Shown piece after piece: positions 25,661-37,177 of a stretch of DNA of 64,000 nt (position 1 is its first letter; every line of letters begins with the position of its first letter). Source of the DNA: an uncultured virus (IMG/VR IMGVR_UViG_3300019874_000003) (lineage: Duplodnaviria > Heunggongvirae > Uroviricota > Caudoviricetes). The stretch lies in IMG/VR virus record IMGVR_UViG_3300019874_000003; one strand, 5' to 3'. A program made the position numbers and the translations under genes. The notes under the pieces were generated by a model, which searched no databases, was not told the origin of the DNA, and saw only the letters and a list, made by a program, of their open reading frames with translations.

Positions 25661-27364
25661 CTACTCGGTCGTCGGAGCGGTTCCGACGAGCGCCTTCCCG
25701 ACCTTGCGGACCCAGTTGCGTCCGCCTTGAGATGCGAGGGGAGAGGTGCTGGGCAATTTTGCCACCTTAGAGAGGAAGAGGTCAACGCCATTGACCGAGT
25801 CGTTGTCATGGCCTTGGATCCACGACAGTATGTCGGCCGGCAAGATGGCCCGGCCGCTCTGTGCGACGATCACCGGGTCCTGCCCTGCGGTGAATGCCCG
25901 TTCGAGGTAGCTGATGACGTTGGCGATCTGATCCAGCGGGATGTCTGGCAGTTCGAGCTGTGATCCATCCTCCTGGGTCACCACCTTGGGGATTTTCTTG
26001 ACCGGAACCATCGAGCCGTCCGGTTGCCGGATGAACTTGTCCCCCGTCGCCCGCGAGCGGACCACGCGCGGCGCTATGACCTGGGCCTGGATCGGTGGAG
26101 CCGGCGGTGCTTCCTTTTTTTGGAACAGCCCCGCAACCGTCGCCACGGCCTCCGGGTTGGTGATGAGATCGGCGAGCTTGTCCATGCCGGATTTTTCCGT
26201 CTCCTCGCCGACGCCGATCGCCTCCTTCAGAGCGTTGATGTCCTTCAACTGTTCGAGCAGTGGTTTGTCCTTCTTCTCTCGGAGCTCGCGGACCTCCTGG
26301 CGAAGCTCGGTGTTGTCCCGCTCGAGCCGCGCGATGTCTCGGGTCAGCGTCGCCACCTGGATACCTTGCGATGCGCCGTTGGCCTGGTCGGAGACCTGCT
26401 GAAGATGCCGCATCGCCGCGATTTCCCGCTCGTAGCTGGACTTGAGGCTGGCAAGAGCCAGCTCGTGCGACTGGCGTAGCGCCGCGACCTCGCGATCGTG
26501 GCGGTCATGGACCCGGGCCATGTCCTGGTTCGCCGATTCCTTGAGCTGGCGGACCTCCGCCTCCTGGCGAAGCCTGAGCGCCTCCACCTGGCCGCTGTTC
26601 CCATCCATCAAGGACGTGAGGAGCTTGTCCTTGATAGGGTCCACTTCGGGCTTCTGGTTCGCCATCGTGTCGATTCGCGCCTGGAGGGACGTCAGCTGTT
26701 TCTCGCGCGTCTCGGCTTGGCGGTTCATCTGGTCGATCATCTGCTGCATCGCCGGATCGATGCCGCGCGGTTGCTGCGCGGCCTGAGCGCGCTCGAGTTG
26801 AGCGCTCATCACGCTGAGCACCTCCTTGACGATGGTCGGGCTCGAACCGGAATCCTGGGAAACCGGCGGTGGCGTCGAGTTCTGCGCGTTGGGCAGACGC
26901 TCGGTGCTCGGATCGCCGGCGATCTCGATCGTCCGATGAGCGTCGAACACGAAACTCCCCTTGGAGTTCTTCTTGGAGATCCGCAGCTTGTACTTGCCGC
27001 CGCCGAACTCGCGCTTGATGTACTCCTCATCGACGATGCAGTCGACGGTATCGAGGTGGCCGTCGGTCTTGACCTCCTTGCCATTCACGCGCACCGACCG
27101 AGGCAACTCGCGATGGATGGCGATCTTGAACGACCCCTGTGGCCCGATGGCGTCCAGGACTTCCTTCAGAGATTGGTCCTCCTGAGTGCGGATCGACTGC
27201 ACGATGGGCGAGACGCGCTCGACCGGCGCCAGCTTCTTGCCCTTGACCTCGGGCGGTTTCTCCGCGACCACGACCACGTCCTCACCGTCATCGTCACCCT
27301 CGATCGGTGGTATCACGATCTGGTCGTCGTCGGGTTCGGTCACTGTGGTGATCGGCGTTCTCAC
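25661..27364 (-). CDS. Large coiled-coil protein
   Basis: 567 aa; FGGGKYKL domain followed by a long heptad-rich region. Confidence 0.7.
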   Translation of the reverse strand: MRTPITTVTEPDDDQIVIPPIEGDDDGEDVVVVAEKPPEVKGKKLAPVERVSPIVQSIRTQEDQSLKEVLDAIGPQGSFKIAIHRELPRSVRVNGKEVKTDGHLDTVDCIVDEEYIKREFGGGKYKLRISKKNSKGSFVFDAHRTIEIAGDPSTERLPNAQNSTPPPVSQDSGSSPTIVKEVLSVMSAQLERAQAAQQPRGIDPAMQQMIDQMNRQAETREKQLTSLQARIDTMANQKPEVDPIKDKLLTSLMDGNSGQVEALRLRQEAEVRQLKESANQDMARVHDRHDREVAALRQSHELALASLKSSYEREIAAMRHLQQVSDQANGASQGIQVATLTRDIARLERDNTELRQEVRELREKKDKPLLEQLKDINALKEAIGVGEETEKSGMDKLADLITNPEAVATVAGLFQKKEAPPAPPIQAQVIAPRVVRSRATGDKFIRQPDGSMVPVKKIPKVVTQEDGSQLELPDIPLDQIANVISYLERAFTAGQDPVIVAQSGRAILPADILSWIQGHDNDSVNGVDLFLSKVAKLPSTSPLASQGGRNWVRKVGKALVGTAPTTE

Positions 27365-27813
27365 GTTGCACCTCCATCACCGGTCGCGCTCGGCGCCGCG
27401 ACCGCCTCCTCCGGATCCTCCTCATCTTCCTCGTCCTCGTCGGGGATGACGATCTCCTCGATCACCGCCATGCCCTCATCGGCCAGCGCGACCCACTCCT
27501 TGATGAGCTTACCGACCCGCTGATCGGTGCCGATGCGCTGCCGGAGCTCGGCGACCAGCGCCCGTCCCGTCACGATAATACTGCCGAACAACTCTGCGTT
27601 CTCCGAGTGGAGAACGTCCGGCGTCTGATGGACGAGGTCATCGACAACGTCATCCACGCCGGCGAGCTCCTCGGTTGCGCTCTCGAGCCACGGCAGGATG
27701 TTGTTATTGAGAAACGACAGCACGTCGTCGATGCCGGGGGTGAACCCCGGATTGCTGCGCGGCGCAGCCTTGATGACTTCGGCCAGATCTTGCTTCAGCG
27801 TCTCGATACTCAT
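27361..27813 (-). CDS. Acidic helical hypothetical protein
   Basis: Overlapping stop/start codons with both neighbours. Confidence 0.6.
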   Translation of the reverse strand: MSIETLKQDLAEVIKAAPRSNPGFTPGIDDVLSFLNNNILPWLESATEELAGVDDVVDDLVHQTPDVLHSENAELFGSIIVTGRALVAELRQRIGTDQRVGKLIKEWVALADEGMAVIEEIVIPDEDEEDEEDPEEAVAAPSATGDGGAT

Positions 27814-28391
27814 GTGGTCTCCTTCGTGGTCTCGTGGATCTTCATCGACTCCTCGATGAGTCGCTCGGCCTCAGCGGCCTCCCTGACCTCGTCCGCTCGA
27901 GCGCGCTCCCATGTGCTCACCTCCCACTGGTATTTCTGGCCAGATGGCGACCGGAGGTACTCCTTCGGCGAGATGGTCACCGGGGCTCCATCTCGGTCCC
28001 GCTGAGGTCCGAGCGGCGCCCACCGGTTGCACGCTGATACCGGGAGATCGCCCAGGAGCATCTCCACTCCCGACGTGGGGTAGCAGTAGTGGCTCGTCTG
28101 GACGTGGTAGCCAGCCGGCGAGGTGTACGCAGTCCCTCCCGGGATCGGCCTAGCTCCAGGGGTGCCTTCCGGAAGCGCGATGGGCAGGCGACGAGTGTGC
28201 GGGCCGGCCGCATCCATCTGAACGGAGAGTTGGTGGTAGTTCTTGCATGGCCCGGCCTCGCACAGCCTTGGCCTCGGTGGGAGTGACGGGCGAACCGGAG
28301 CGAAGTCGAGCCCCCCATCGGGCGCTACCGGAGGGGTAGCGGCCGGTTCGATACCGTCTTGTAGGTCGTCGTGCGGGTCGATTGTGTGCAT
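27810..28391 (-). CDS. Hypothetical Cys-containing protein, first gene of the leftward operon
   Basis: LCEAGPCKNYH...HYCYP...CNRW. Confidence 0.55.
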   Translation of the reverse strand: MHTIDPHDDLQDGIEPAATPPVAPDGGLDFAPVRPSLPPRPRLCEAGPCKNYHQLSVQMDAAGPHTRRLPIALPEGTPGARPIPGGTAYTSPAGYHVQTSHYCYPTSGVEMLLGDLPVSACNRWAPLGPQRDRDGAPVTISPKEYLRSPSGQKYQWEVSTWERARADEVREAAEAERLIEESMKIHETTKETT

Positions 28392-28752
28392 CCCTGCATC
28401 ATGCGCGTACCCAACTGAGTTTCCACGGGGGATCTCCGGGGTTTTTGTGGGCTTTCAGTGGACCTAAAGTAGGGGGCGGTGGACCATGGGGTAGACTTCG
28501 GGGCCCAGAACCCCCACTCCGGACCCTAGGAGTCCACCCTAGGTGGGCCAGGGAGACCACTCCGGAGTGGTGAAAATTGACCATAACTGACACCCGGAGG
28601 TCAGGCTTTCACCATGTTCCACCACTCCGGAGGCCCCAACTCCGGTCGACTGGTCTATCTTGACACTGGCAAGGTCCCTGCACTACCTGTCTTTGTCGGA
28701 CGGGTCGTTCGGACCCCTGACACCCTCCCTTGGAGGGGCTAGGATCCTCAAT
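28392..28752. promoter_or_regulatory. Divergent control region with repeated operator-like sites
   Basis: Strand switch point. CCACTCCGGA at 28514, 28557 and 28622; perfect palindrome ACCACTCCGGAGTGGT at 28556-28571. Confidence 0.5.
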
Positions 28753-29073
28753 ATGAAGCTCGAACTCTCTCGAATTCTTGTAGTCGCAGCCCTGGGGCTC
28801 ACCGGCTGTGCAGTCGAGGGCCCTGCGGACCCCATCTCCCGCACCGTAGCGTGCGCAGAGCAGGCTGTCGCGTGGTGCGAGGCCATCGGGTTCGACACGT
28901 CCGGTTGTCAGCAATGGTACGTCTCGCAGTGCGAGCCCCACGGACCGGCTGGAGAAGTGGCCTTGGGGGCGCAGCAGGCATGCCTTGCAGCCATCGCGGA
29001 CATGACTATGGGGCCCCTTGGATGGGGGGAGCCCGACGTCTGTCAGGCTACGTGGACCTCGGAGGCGCTGTGA
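28753..29073 (+). CDS. Cys-rich lipoprotein
   Basis: MKLELSRILVVAALGLTG|C lipobox; several further Cys residues. Confidence 0.65.
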   Translation: MKLELSRILVVAALGLTGCAVEGPADPISRTVACAEQAVAWCEAIGFDTSGCQQWYVSQCEPHGPAGEVALGAQQACLAAIADMTMGPLGWGEPDVCQATWTSEAL

Positions 29074-29339
29074 CTGGACAGAAGTGGACCAACTTCGGTC
29101 TCTCGGTGACGCCGATCGAGGCAACCCGCCGACGGGTTGCAGGCGGAACGTGCATTGACGTCATCATTCACGATGCGCGCTCCACGGTTACGCGTGCGAC
29201 CGTCAATGTCGCGAATCTAGTAGCGATCGGATCATGACCAGCGCAGTGCCTGGACACTGTAGCGAGCACGCTCGCTCTGGTGTCTAGACCCTACGACACG
29301 TCACCCACAACCCCTATTCCAGGGGAGAGGAGCAAGCCC

Positions 29340-29735
29340 ATGGGGCAACCTGACCCGAACGTGTGTTTTACCCTGCGCATCCGTCTGTATCGTCGTGAGC
29401 ATGACCCCAGGATCGTCACGATCACCGCCTACGACGATCTGCCGCTCGACTCGGCTGGTCGGATCTCCCTGACCTGTGAGGTCAAGCATGGATCCGATGT
29501 GATCTTTCCCCGAGGCAAGCTCACCTGTGGCCTCCACGCTGCCTCAGACAGCGTCGCGGCTAAGGAGTTGGTGATGTCCCTCGTGGCCATGAGGCCGGGA
29601 GACACGGATTCTGAGTATTTCGTGGGCTACACGAGTGCTCAATTGGAGTGGGCTGGCGAGCACGCCGAGTCGCTCAGCGCTGAGCGTGAAGCTCGGTACT
29701 GTTACGAGAACGGCAACGTTCGGACGGTGGCCTGA
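29340..29735 (+). CDS. Hypothetical early protein
   Basis: AGGAG RBS before MGQPDP; first of a run of short coupled ORFs extending to ~31.3 kb. Confidence 0.55.
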   Translation: MGQPDPNVCFTLRIRLYRREHDPRIVTITAYDDLPLDSAGRISLTCEVKHGSDVIFPRGKLTCGLHAASDSVAAKELVMSLVAMRPGDTDSEYFVGYTSAQLEWAGEHAESLSAEREARYCYENGNVRTVA

Positions 29736-30836
29736 TGTCCGCTCGACTTACGATGACGTCGCCGATCACGGTGGAGATGGTTCGCGAAGTTCGTGACCAT
29801 GCTAACGGTGACCAGCACCGGATCGACATGTGCAACGTGGCCATCTGGGCAGCGGATGCTCATGGCGTGATCTCCGAGTTCACCTACGCGACGGACTACG
29901 TCCGAGCGTGCGTGATTGCACGGGATGACGCGCGACGCGATGGGAGGCTGTGATGGCTCGCTCCAAGCCCCGGACCGTGTACGTCGAGTGTTCGACCCCT
30001 CATCTGTATCGTTGGTTTCGCAGCCAACTAACCTACGTGGCCGCGGAGTCGGCCTACACGATGGCTGGCATGCGCCCGGGTAGCAGTTTCATCGTCCACG
30101 ACGAGGTTCGATGGGCCGCGTTGCTGGGTGCAGCCGAGGGTAAGGAGATCGCCTCGGAGATCATCCTGCGAGACAAGGGCCGCGGCGAGATCGCACTCAC
30201 GATTCGCGATGGCGTCGTCGTCGGCGCTACGGGCAGCGAGCCGAAGCGATTTATGGGACTCACCGAATCGGGTGCACGCTTGACGGCCGCAGGAAGGAAA
30301 CTGGCATGAGCAACCTGTACAGGATCCGACTCGGAGGCGAGTGGGTCTCCAGTCCGACGAACACCCGGACGACGAACCCGGCTCGGGCAGCGACCTGGAG
30401 AGAGGTCGAGCTGAAGGATGCGGAGCGGTTCGCTGCGAGCGTCGGCGGTACAGTCGAGCCATGCCAGAGTCCAAGTACCCTCACGATGACGTTCGATGTC
30501 TCGAAGCTGTCTCGGGTGGAGATCGATCTTCTCTGGTCTGCGCTCATCGCACAGATCGAGGGGTACGACGTCGAGCCACCTGTGAAAGTGACGCTGTCGT
30601 GAAACGCTACCGAATCAGATACCGCGATGCGGATGATCCGGGCTGTCCCGAGATGACCGTGATCTACAAGGGTTACGACAAGGTGCACGCAATCGAACGC
30701 TTCTGGGAATCCCCAGATGGTGAAGGATGGGAGATTACTGGCGTGACACTGGTTGCGTAACACAGGCGTTGCGCCCATCGAGCACCGGGGTTATCCCGGT
30801 GTTGGACCGACGCAACATCAGTTTCCAGAGGAAATC

Positions 30837-31274
30837 ATGCTTACCGCGCAAATCTCACTTGCTGCAAACGCTGCCCGTCTCGACGCTCTCAACATGGCGA
30901 AAAAGAGGATCGAGACCGTGATGCTATCGGGCGCTCGGGCGCTCGCTGGTACGCGTACTGCTACGTCTGAGTACTGGATCTCAGAAGAGCGAGATCTGTC
31001 TTCATCCGCCCCTCACACCGGGCGAACGGTTCTGATATGGCGCGATCACGGTGACGGTAACCAAACCGCGGTGCGCCCCTACGACGATGAACGTACGACC
31101 TACTCCGTCCAGATCATCGTGCCAGATTCTGTCACGCCGCTCCAATTAAGGGAGGTGGCCCGTATGGCCGAACTGTTCACGGACGAGATCTGCGAGCGTT
31201 GCGCTCTCACGATCGCCGCACAGGTGGCAGAGTCAACCGCCTTGCGGGATGGGTTCAACGATATTCTCGCATAA
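30837..31274 (+). CDS. Hypothetical protein immediately upstream of the ribozyme
   Basis: GAGG RBS before MLTAQI. Confidence 0.5.
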   Translation: MLTAQISLAANAARLDALNMAKKRIETVMLSGARALAGTRTATSEYWISEERDLSSSAPHTGRTVLIWRDHGDGNQTAVRPYDDERTTYSVQIIVPDSVTPLQLREVARMAELFTDEICERCALTIAAQVAESTALRDGFNDILA

Positions 31275-31276
31275 GT

Positions 31277-31345
31277 TGCCTTAGGCGAAACCAGCATCGC
31301 GCTGGTCTGCCGGATCAGCCCACCCGGCACTGATGAGCTTGGGCA
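31277..31345 (+). ncRNA. Hammerhead ribozyme (type II topology)
   Basis: GAAA 31287-31290; stem III CCAGC/GCTGG; GUC cleavage triplet 31305-31307; stem I TGCCGG/CCGGCA; CUGAUGA 31330-31336; open stem II TGCC-T-TAGGC/GCTTG-GGCA. Confidence 0.9.
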
Positions 31346-31373
31346 TACACCGTATTAAACGGAGACATGAGAC

Positions 31374-31883
31374 ATGGGTTCACTACGCAGAACACGAGAC
31401 AAGTCCAGTACGATCGACGCTATCACCGTCCATCTCAACCGCTGGTACTACAGCGGGATTCGTGAGTTAGCGCAATCAGCCATCGATGCGTGTCGTGGTC
31501 AGGAGATCACCATCGAGCGCGCGATTCACCGCGGACATTTCCATGGGGTTCCCTACGCTCACCGCAAGAGCGCCATGGCTTCGTTCGTGCCGTACATCGA
31601 CACTGAATCGCGAGAACGTCCGCAGGGAACGAATCCCCGCGAGTACCTCACCGAATGGCTAGACGAGACAATCGACGGCCATGAATTCGTGCTCTACACC
31701 TACAAGGCCAAACTGGTCACGGTCGCCACCGACAACGCAGACGCCTATGAAGAGGAGTATGGTGAACCGTCGATCAAGCCAGAGGTGACTGCCTACTGGG
31801 CGATGCGTGCCGACGTGTGGGAGGAATTGGATCGCCGCGAGGATGAGTGGGAGATCGAGGATCCAGACCCGGAGGGTAAGTAG
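31374..31883 (+). CDS. Hypothetical protein with acidic C-terminal half (weakly Ocr-like)
   Basis: EWLDETIDG..VLYTY...ADVWEELDRREDEWE. Confidence 0.5.
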   Translation: MGSLRRTRDKSSTIDAITVHLNRWYYSGIRELAQSAIDACRGQEITIERAIHRGHFHGVPYAHRKSAMASFVPYIDTESRERPQGTNPREYLTEWLDETIDGHEFVLYTYKAKLVTVATDNADAYEEEYGEPSIKPEVTAYWAMRADVWEELDRREDEWEIEDPDPEGK

Positions 31884-32222
31884 CATGGCGCCGTTTATGT
31901 TCGGATTCATTTCCGATCGGTCGCCTACCGGTGTGGCGACCGCTCGCCTGGTCAGCCGCGAGTCCATTGGTGGCGCGTGGACATATTTACCCGACGAGGG
32001 TGGGCCGCGCCGCACGGTTCGCGGCCCGCTTAAGCTCTACGCAACCCGCGAGGATGCGGTGCTAGCAGCTCGGTTCAGGTGGCTATGCAACGGTGGACGT
32101 CCACGCAGGGCTCGCCCGGTAGCTATCGACACGATCTGAGCATCCGCCGATGCGCACGTGACTTGCACATGCGTAACGGGGACAGCTCAGCCTACTTCAG
32201 GTTGACACGAAAGGAATGCGTC

Positions 32223-32924
32223 ATGGATGCACTGATACGGCAGAGGTACCGAGCACGGGTGACAGTCACCCTGGATATGCTACTCACATCGCCCTCAATC
32301 GAGGAGGCGGGAACGGAAGCACGTGGTCTCGTGGCCGCACGCCATGGATTCCAGGATGCCGCGATCGAGTCTCTCCGGGTCACCCCGCTCTCGTTGAGCG
32401 AGTCGATGCGCATCGACAACCTGGCACTGTGGCAAGAATCGGAGGCCCTGGCGCTGGGTACCGTTGACCAGCGGCTACGGTGGGGGACTGATGCCCTACC
32501 GATCGAGGAAATCGCCGACCTCGCGCGCCCGGAGCTCTTCCGATCCTTCGTGGCATTCCGCAAGTACAACCGAATGGCTGTCAGTGCGATCCCTCATCCT
32601 CGTGACAGCAACGGGGTCTGGACGTGCGTTCAGATCGGAGACCACGAGCGCGACCGCAACCGCCAGCTCCCGATCGCCTGGCTCACCATGCCCACCCCGG
32701 TGCTCTCCCAACGCGAATGGGTAACCCTGCGGGCTATCAACGTAGCGCTTGAGGCCACCAATCGTCACCCATGGCTGGCGCCCTCCCCGACCCCGGCTGC
32801 TACCGTGGCTACGCGGATCCACAAAGGCACCTGCAAGGTGTGCGAGCGCGAAGCGGCCGAGACCGCTGCGCTGGTGACGATCTCGTGGGCTGGCCGGACC
32901 CTGAGCAGGGAGTACCGCCTGTGA
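32223..32924 (+). CDS. Hypothetical protein
   Basis: Natural-looking ORF from MDALIRQ, with CKVC near the end. Confidence 0.5.
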   Translation: MDALIRQRYRARVTVTLDMLLTSPSIEEAGTEARGLVAARHGFQDAAIESLRVTPLSLSESMRIDNLALWQESEALALGTVDQRLRWGTDALPIEEIADLARPELFRSFVAFRKYNRMAVSAIPHPRDSNGVWTCVQIGDHERDRNRQLPIAWLTMPTPVLSQREWVTLRAINVALEATNRHPWLAPSPTPAATVATRIHKGTCKVCEREAAETAALVTISWAGRTLSREYRL

Positions 32925-35900
32925 GCGACGCTATCGCCGTAGATCGCCGCCGCAACGGACGCTCTGCGCTGGGCTGGTTCGCGCTTGACCGCTCTCCACT
33001 GGCGTTTCTTCGCGCAGACGAGCGCGTGCTGTTCTGTAATGCCACCCTTGCGCGCTCGTTGCCGGTGGCGTTACCACTAGGTGAGGTGCTCTCCTGGTTA
33101 CCAACGGAGCCACACCAGTGAGCGACGGCGAGAAGTTCCGCAACGACGCCGAGGATCGCGGAGACTGGGAAACCGTCGCGATCTTCGATCGAGCCGACAG
33201 CGGCATGATCCCGTACTACGTGTGGGTACATCTCAGCGTAGAGCAGAGGGAGCGCCTGGGGCGGGTGAGCCAGACCCAAGCGGGGCGTTCGCTGGCCGAG
33301 CTCATGGCGCCAAAGCCACCTCCGATCCCTCCGGCTGCGAGCCGGACCACGACCGCGAAACTTGATGAAGCGGTTAAGGCCGCACTTCGTCACTCTTCGA
33401 GAAAGTGAACGTTCGGTTCTGACATCATCGACATCTTACTTGCCTGACGCCCACCGGTGCCGTGAGCACTTCTGCTCGCGGACTGACCGACGCCAAGCAA
33501 AGATCGGAAATGACATGTACATTATTCTCTCGCAGCACTCTCGTAAGGTTTTACACACTCCGGTCGACGACGGCAGTAAAGACACTATGGCCGCCCTCAC
33601 GCTGACTCCGGAGTTCGCCGTCGCCACTATGAACGGACAGTACGGTAACTGGCTACTCGGGATCGAGTTCTGTCGTGACAGCGACGGCACCTACCACGCG
33701 GTTCGGCGGCCCGTGCGGCAGGAAACGTTCGTAGGATACGGCTTGACCTCCGATGCAGCAGCGGTAGCGGTAGCCATCACGCGCATCTCGCACGACGGAG
33801 ATATGACCGAGTGGCGCAGCACGTCAGGTCGCCCCCCGGAGTGGGACAACCTCGCGCCGTGCGTGAAACCGCTCACACCACCGTTCCTAAGCCTTCCGTC
33901 CGACGAGCATGGGGACACATGGGGAGATCCCGTGGACATCAAGTCCAAGATTACTGACCACTTCTCAATCGGAGACGATCGCGAGATCTCGGCCGCGGAG
34001 GCCGCGACCTGCCTGGCGAACTACAAGAGGTCGGTCCGCCGATCTAGCATCCTCACCACCCTCTCTTCTCTCGACGACGGGACCGGCAACCTTGGAGTCA
34101 TCGTGGACCTCGCGCTCTCCGAAGACCCAGACGTCACGGTAGATGAGGTGCGAGAGTTCGCAGTTATCGTGTGCGCGTCGAGAGTAAGTGATCCCAAGTG
34201 ATCCGCGAGACCACCCAGCGCCAGATTGCCCGGTGCGATGCCGGACTAGCTAGCCTGCGCAAGGCAATGGCAATCCGGCCGCACCTCGCGGGGCCCGCTG
34301 TTTGGCTGGCGTTCACCACCTGGAGATGTAAATGAGCCGGCGTGTCATCAAGACGAACGCGGACAACTTCGAGGAGCGCAAGGATGACCTCCCCGCCTGT
34401 AAGCAGATCTCGGACGCGCTCAGCTGCGCGGAGTGCTGTGAGACGCCGGCGGAGCTGGACATCAACCTCGATGATGCGCTCGCCGCCGCGGAGGCGCTGA
34501 TCAAGGCCATCCGCGAACTGCGCGAAGGAAAGTGAGACTCGACATGAAGGACACGCCGATGGTGGCCGCCGCGAAGCGGGCGGCTGCAGAGTTCAAGGGT
34601 GTGCGCGGGCGAGCGTGGGCATGGACGACGCTCCGCGACGAGATCGTCGACGCCGAATGCATGGATCAGGTCCGCTCGGCGGTCTTCTCCGGGGGAGCTA
34701 TCTCCGGGACGCAGATCATGGAGTTCAGGCACGCCTTCGTCGAGGCGCTCGCCAAGATCGGATTTAGCCGTGAGTAGCGTGAACCGGTTCGAGGAGCGTG
34801 ATCAGCGGCTCCGGACGTCGAGAAAGCAGCCATGAGGGAGCACCTGTTACTCGGGTCGGCTGAGCACAATACGCTACGAACTGGGTGCGGAAAGACGCCA
34901 CGCAAGGACTCGATCCCACCGTACGGGGATAGCTATTCCGTGGGTGCATCCGGTGCATTCCCAGAGGCGGAGTACATACGGCTCCGTAGAATAGCCATGA
35001 TGCACATGTGCGGCATCTGCGAGCGATCGTGGCGCAAGATCTGCCGTGCCCGTCACGAGACGTTCGAGCCAACAGCGAGAGACGCGGAGGCGACGTGATC
35101 CGCGAGACCGTCAGATCGTGCAGGCGCGCAACGTCGTGCGGAGCTAGCGCGACGCGCGAACCACGGCAAGGCGACTTGCGATCGTCGAGTGTGGCGTACT
35201 GGGCCATGAGCTTGAGTGGGGGTAGATCGAGGGTAGATCGAGATCGTGTCCGGCGAAAGAGGGGATACGATGTCCGAGACGACCGTGTCAGCAGGCGCGC
35301 CTCCGAGGATGCATGAACCGCTACCTCATCGCCCTCTGGCGCTGGCTTGCCGGGATCGGTGACCTCCGCCGTCGTAACCCATGGACCGGTGAGTACGAGA
35401 CTAGAAGGTGGAGACACAGCTGGCCCCGAGCGCGTAGGATCAAGAGAAACTCAGCGCTCTACAAGCTGAGGCTGTTAGGAATCAAGGTAATCTCAGTGGC
35501 ATACATACTGAGACAGCATCATATTCGGCGGGCGCTCGACCCCGTGCGAGTCGAGACGATGGCGGCGATGAACCACGGCAACTCGGCGCCATGCCTGCCG
35601 AGACAGGAGATGAAACAGGATGAAGAGAACCGAGTGCGTGAACTGCGGCAGCCAACGGCTAACGATCGGCGTCGATGCGCGCGGCGTGACGATCTGCAAG
35701 TCATGCGGGACCGTACAGTCCGATCGGATCGAGTGGACACACTCAGGAACGGCGTCACTGCTAGCCGCTGTCATGGACCAGCCGGACCCGGCATCGATCG
35801 CGGCGGCGGACCGAGCATCCCACCTGGTGTCGTTCGTCACCGCCATGACGGAATCCCCGTACGAGATCTCCATGGCGCTCATAGCTGCGGTCATCCTCCA

Positions 35901-36115
35901 TGTTTGCGGGGAGGTTCGGACACAGGCGCAGATCCGCGAGCACTTCACCGCCATCATCCGGTCCCTGGAGAGCGCGAGAGATACCGAAGTTCCCCAAGCC
36001 TAGGACCGCCGTGTCCGTGCTAGCCTGCCTCATCGTGTTCACGGTGTGGGTGTTGGGGGACCTGCTGATGGATGACCGACCGCGCGCCGAGCGGGTCAAC
36101 CGAGAGGACTGAGAT

Positions 36116-36658
36116 ATGAGACATCCCGATGTTAAGCCGGCTCCAAACCAGGCACCTGCCAGTGGCAAGAAGCGCACGTACACGCTCGAGGTGCTCAAGC
36201 GCATCCTGCTTGAGTCCATCGCGCTCACCAACTCCATGATCAGCGCGGAGCACCAGGTCATGGGCTACCGCGAGGCCGTGCTTGCGCTGCCTGACCGGCG
36301 TCTCCTGCGGGGGTTGCCGATGGAGGCGCGCTCGTTCCTGGAGCGCGAGCTCGATGCGCTGGAGGTAGTGGCACGCCATGCTTCCAGGCTATACAAGCCG
36401 GGGTGTGGTCTTAAGCCGGCGGCAAGCAAGGTGGGCCGCCCCGCATCCAAGGCGTTCCTGGCGGCGCTGGGCAAGGGCTCCGGTCGGTCTACCACCGGCG
36501 CCGCCAAGGTGCCGTACTACGTCGAGTCGCCGGTCCGCGAAGCGGTCAAGCACATCCGGCTGACTGCAGCGAGATTCCTTGCCGACCGCGCATCGCTGTC
36601 GGATCTTGATGAGGCGATCCGCATCCTGGACGTCACACGTCGGCAGGTTGGGAGATGA
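36116..36658 (+). CDS. Hypothetical protein
   Basis: GAGG RBS; coupled to the next ORF. Confidence 0.5.
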   Translation: MRHPDVKPAPNQAPASGKKRTYTLEVLKRILLESIALTNSMISAEHQVMGYREAVLALPDRRLLRGLPMEARSFLERELDALEVVARHASRLYKPGCGLKPAASKVGRPASKAFLAALGKGSGRSTTGAAKVPYYVESPVREAVKHIRLTAARFLADRASLSDLDEAIRILDVTRRQVGR

Positions 36659-36975
36659 GTTATGCCGCGCTCCCCTGTGCCGTCCTCGTTCTGGTGCTCT
36701 GCGCCCTGCGCCTGATCGTCGGGTGGCCGCAGCCTGACACCGCGACCTGCCCGGCGGGATACGACCTGCGCACCGGCGTGCGGCGCTCCGGCTGGTTCGA
36801 ATGCTGGCCGCATGTGGTCGGCGATCCCGACTACGACGGGACCTGGCAGAGGCCGGAGCGCGGTGTGCAGCCGTCCGGCGTCCTGTCCTCGCGAGTGTAC
36901 TGCACCGGCGGGAGCGTGCCGATCGTCGTCAACCAGCGCACCGTAGGCTGCCAGCGCGTCTGGAATGAACGGTGA
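36655..36975 (+). CDS. Small secreted/membrane Cys-rich protein
   Basis: Hydrophobic N-terminus and paired Cys residues. Confidence 0.5.
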   Translation: MSYAALPCAVLVLVLCALRLIVGWPQPDTATCPAGYDLRTGVRRSGWFECWPHVVGDPDYDGTWQRPERGVQPSGVLSSRVYCTGGSVPIVVNQRTVGCQRVWNER

Positions 36976-37177
36976 CTCGGTCACGCCATGATGGCGGCTG
37001 CACAGTCGGCCGCGCGAACTGCTTCGCTTGCAGCGGCACCAAGCAGTCCGGACGTCGGCTGCGTGAGCGTCGAATGCGCGAGCCGTTGCTTGCTGATTAC
37101 CGCTCCGTCTGCACCTGCGGATGGATCACGAGCCTTCCAACATGCCCGATGTGCGGGCTTCCCAGAACCGAGGACAC

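Noticed and set aside
25661..27364. Candidate packaging ATPase
   Set aside because: No Walker A/B motifs; it is a coiled-coil protein. No ATPase was recognised anywhere in the window.
35313..35500. RRRNP in a short early-region ORF (also RNP in 12293-12829 and 46898-47506)
   Set aside because: Not at an evident domain boundary and compatible with chance, so not counted as evidence for the NP motif.
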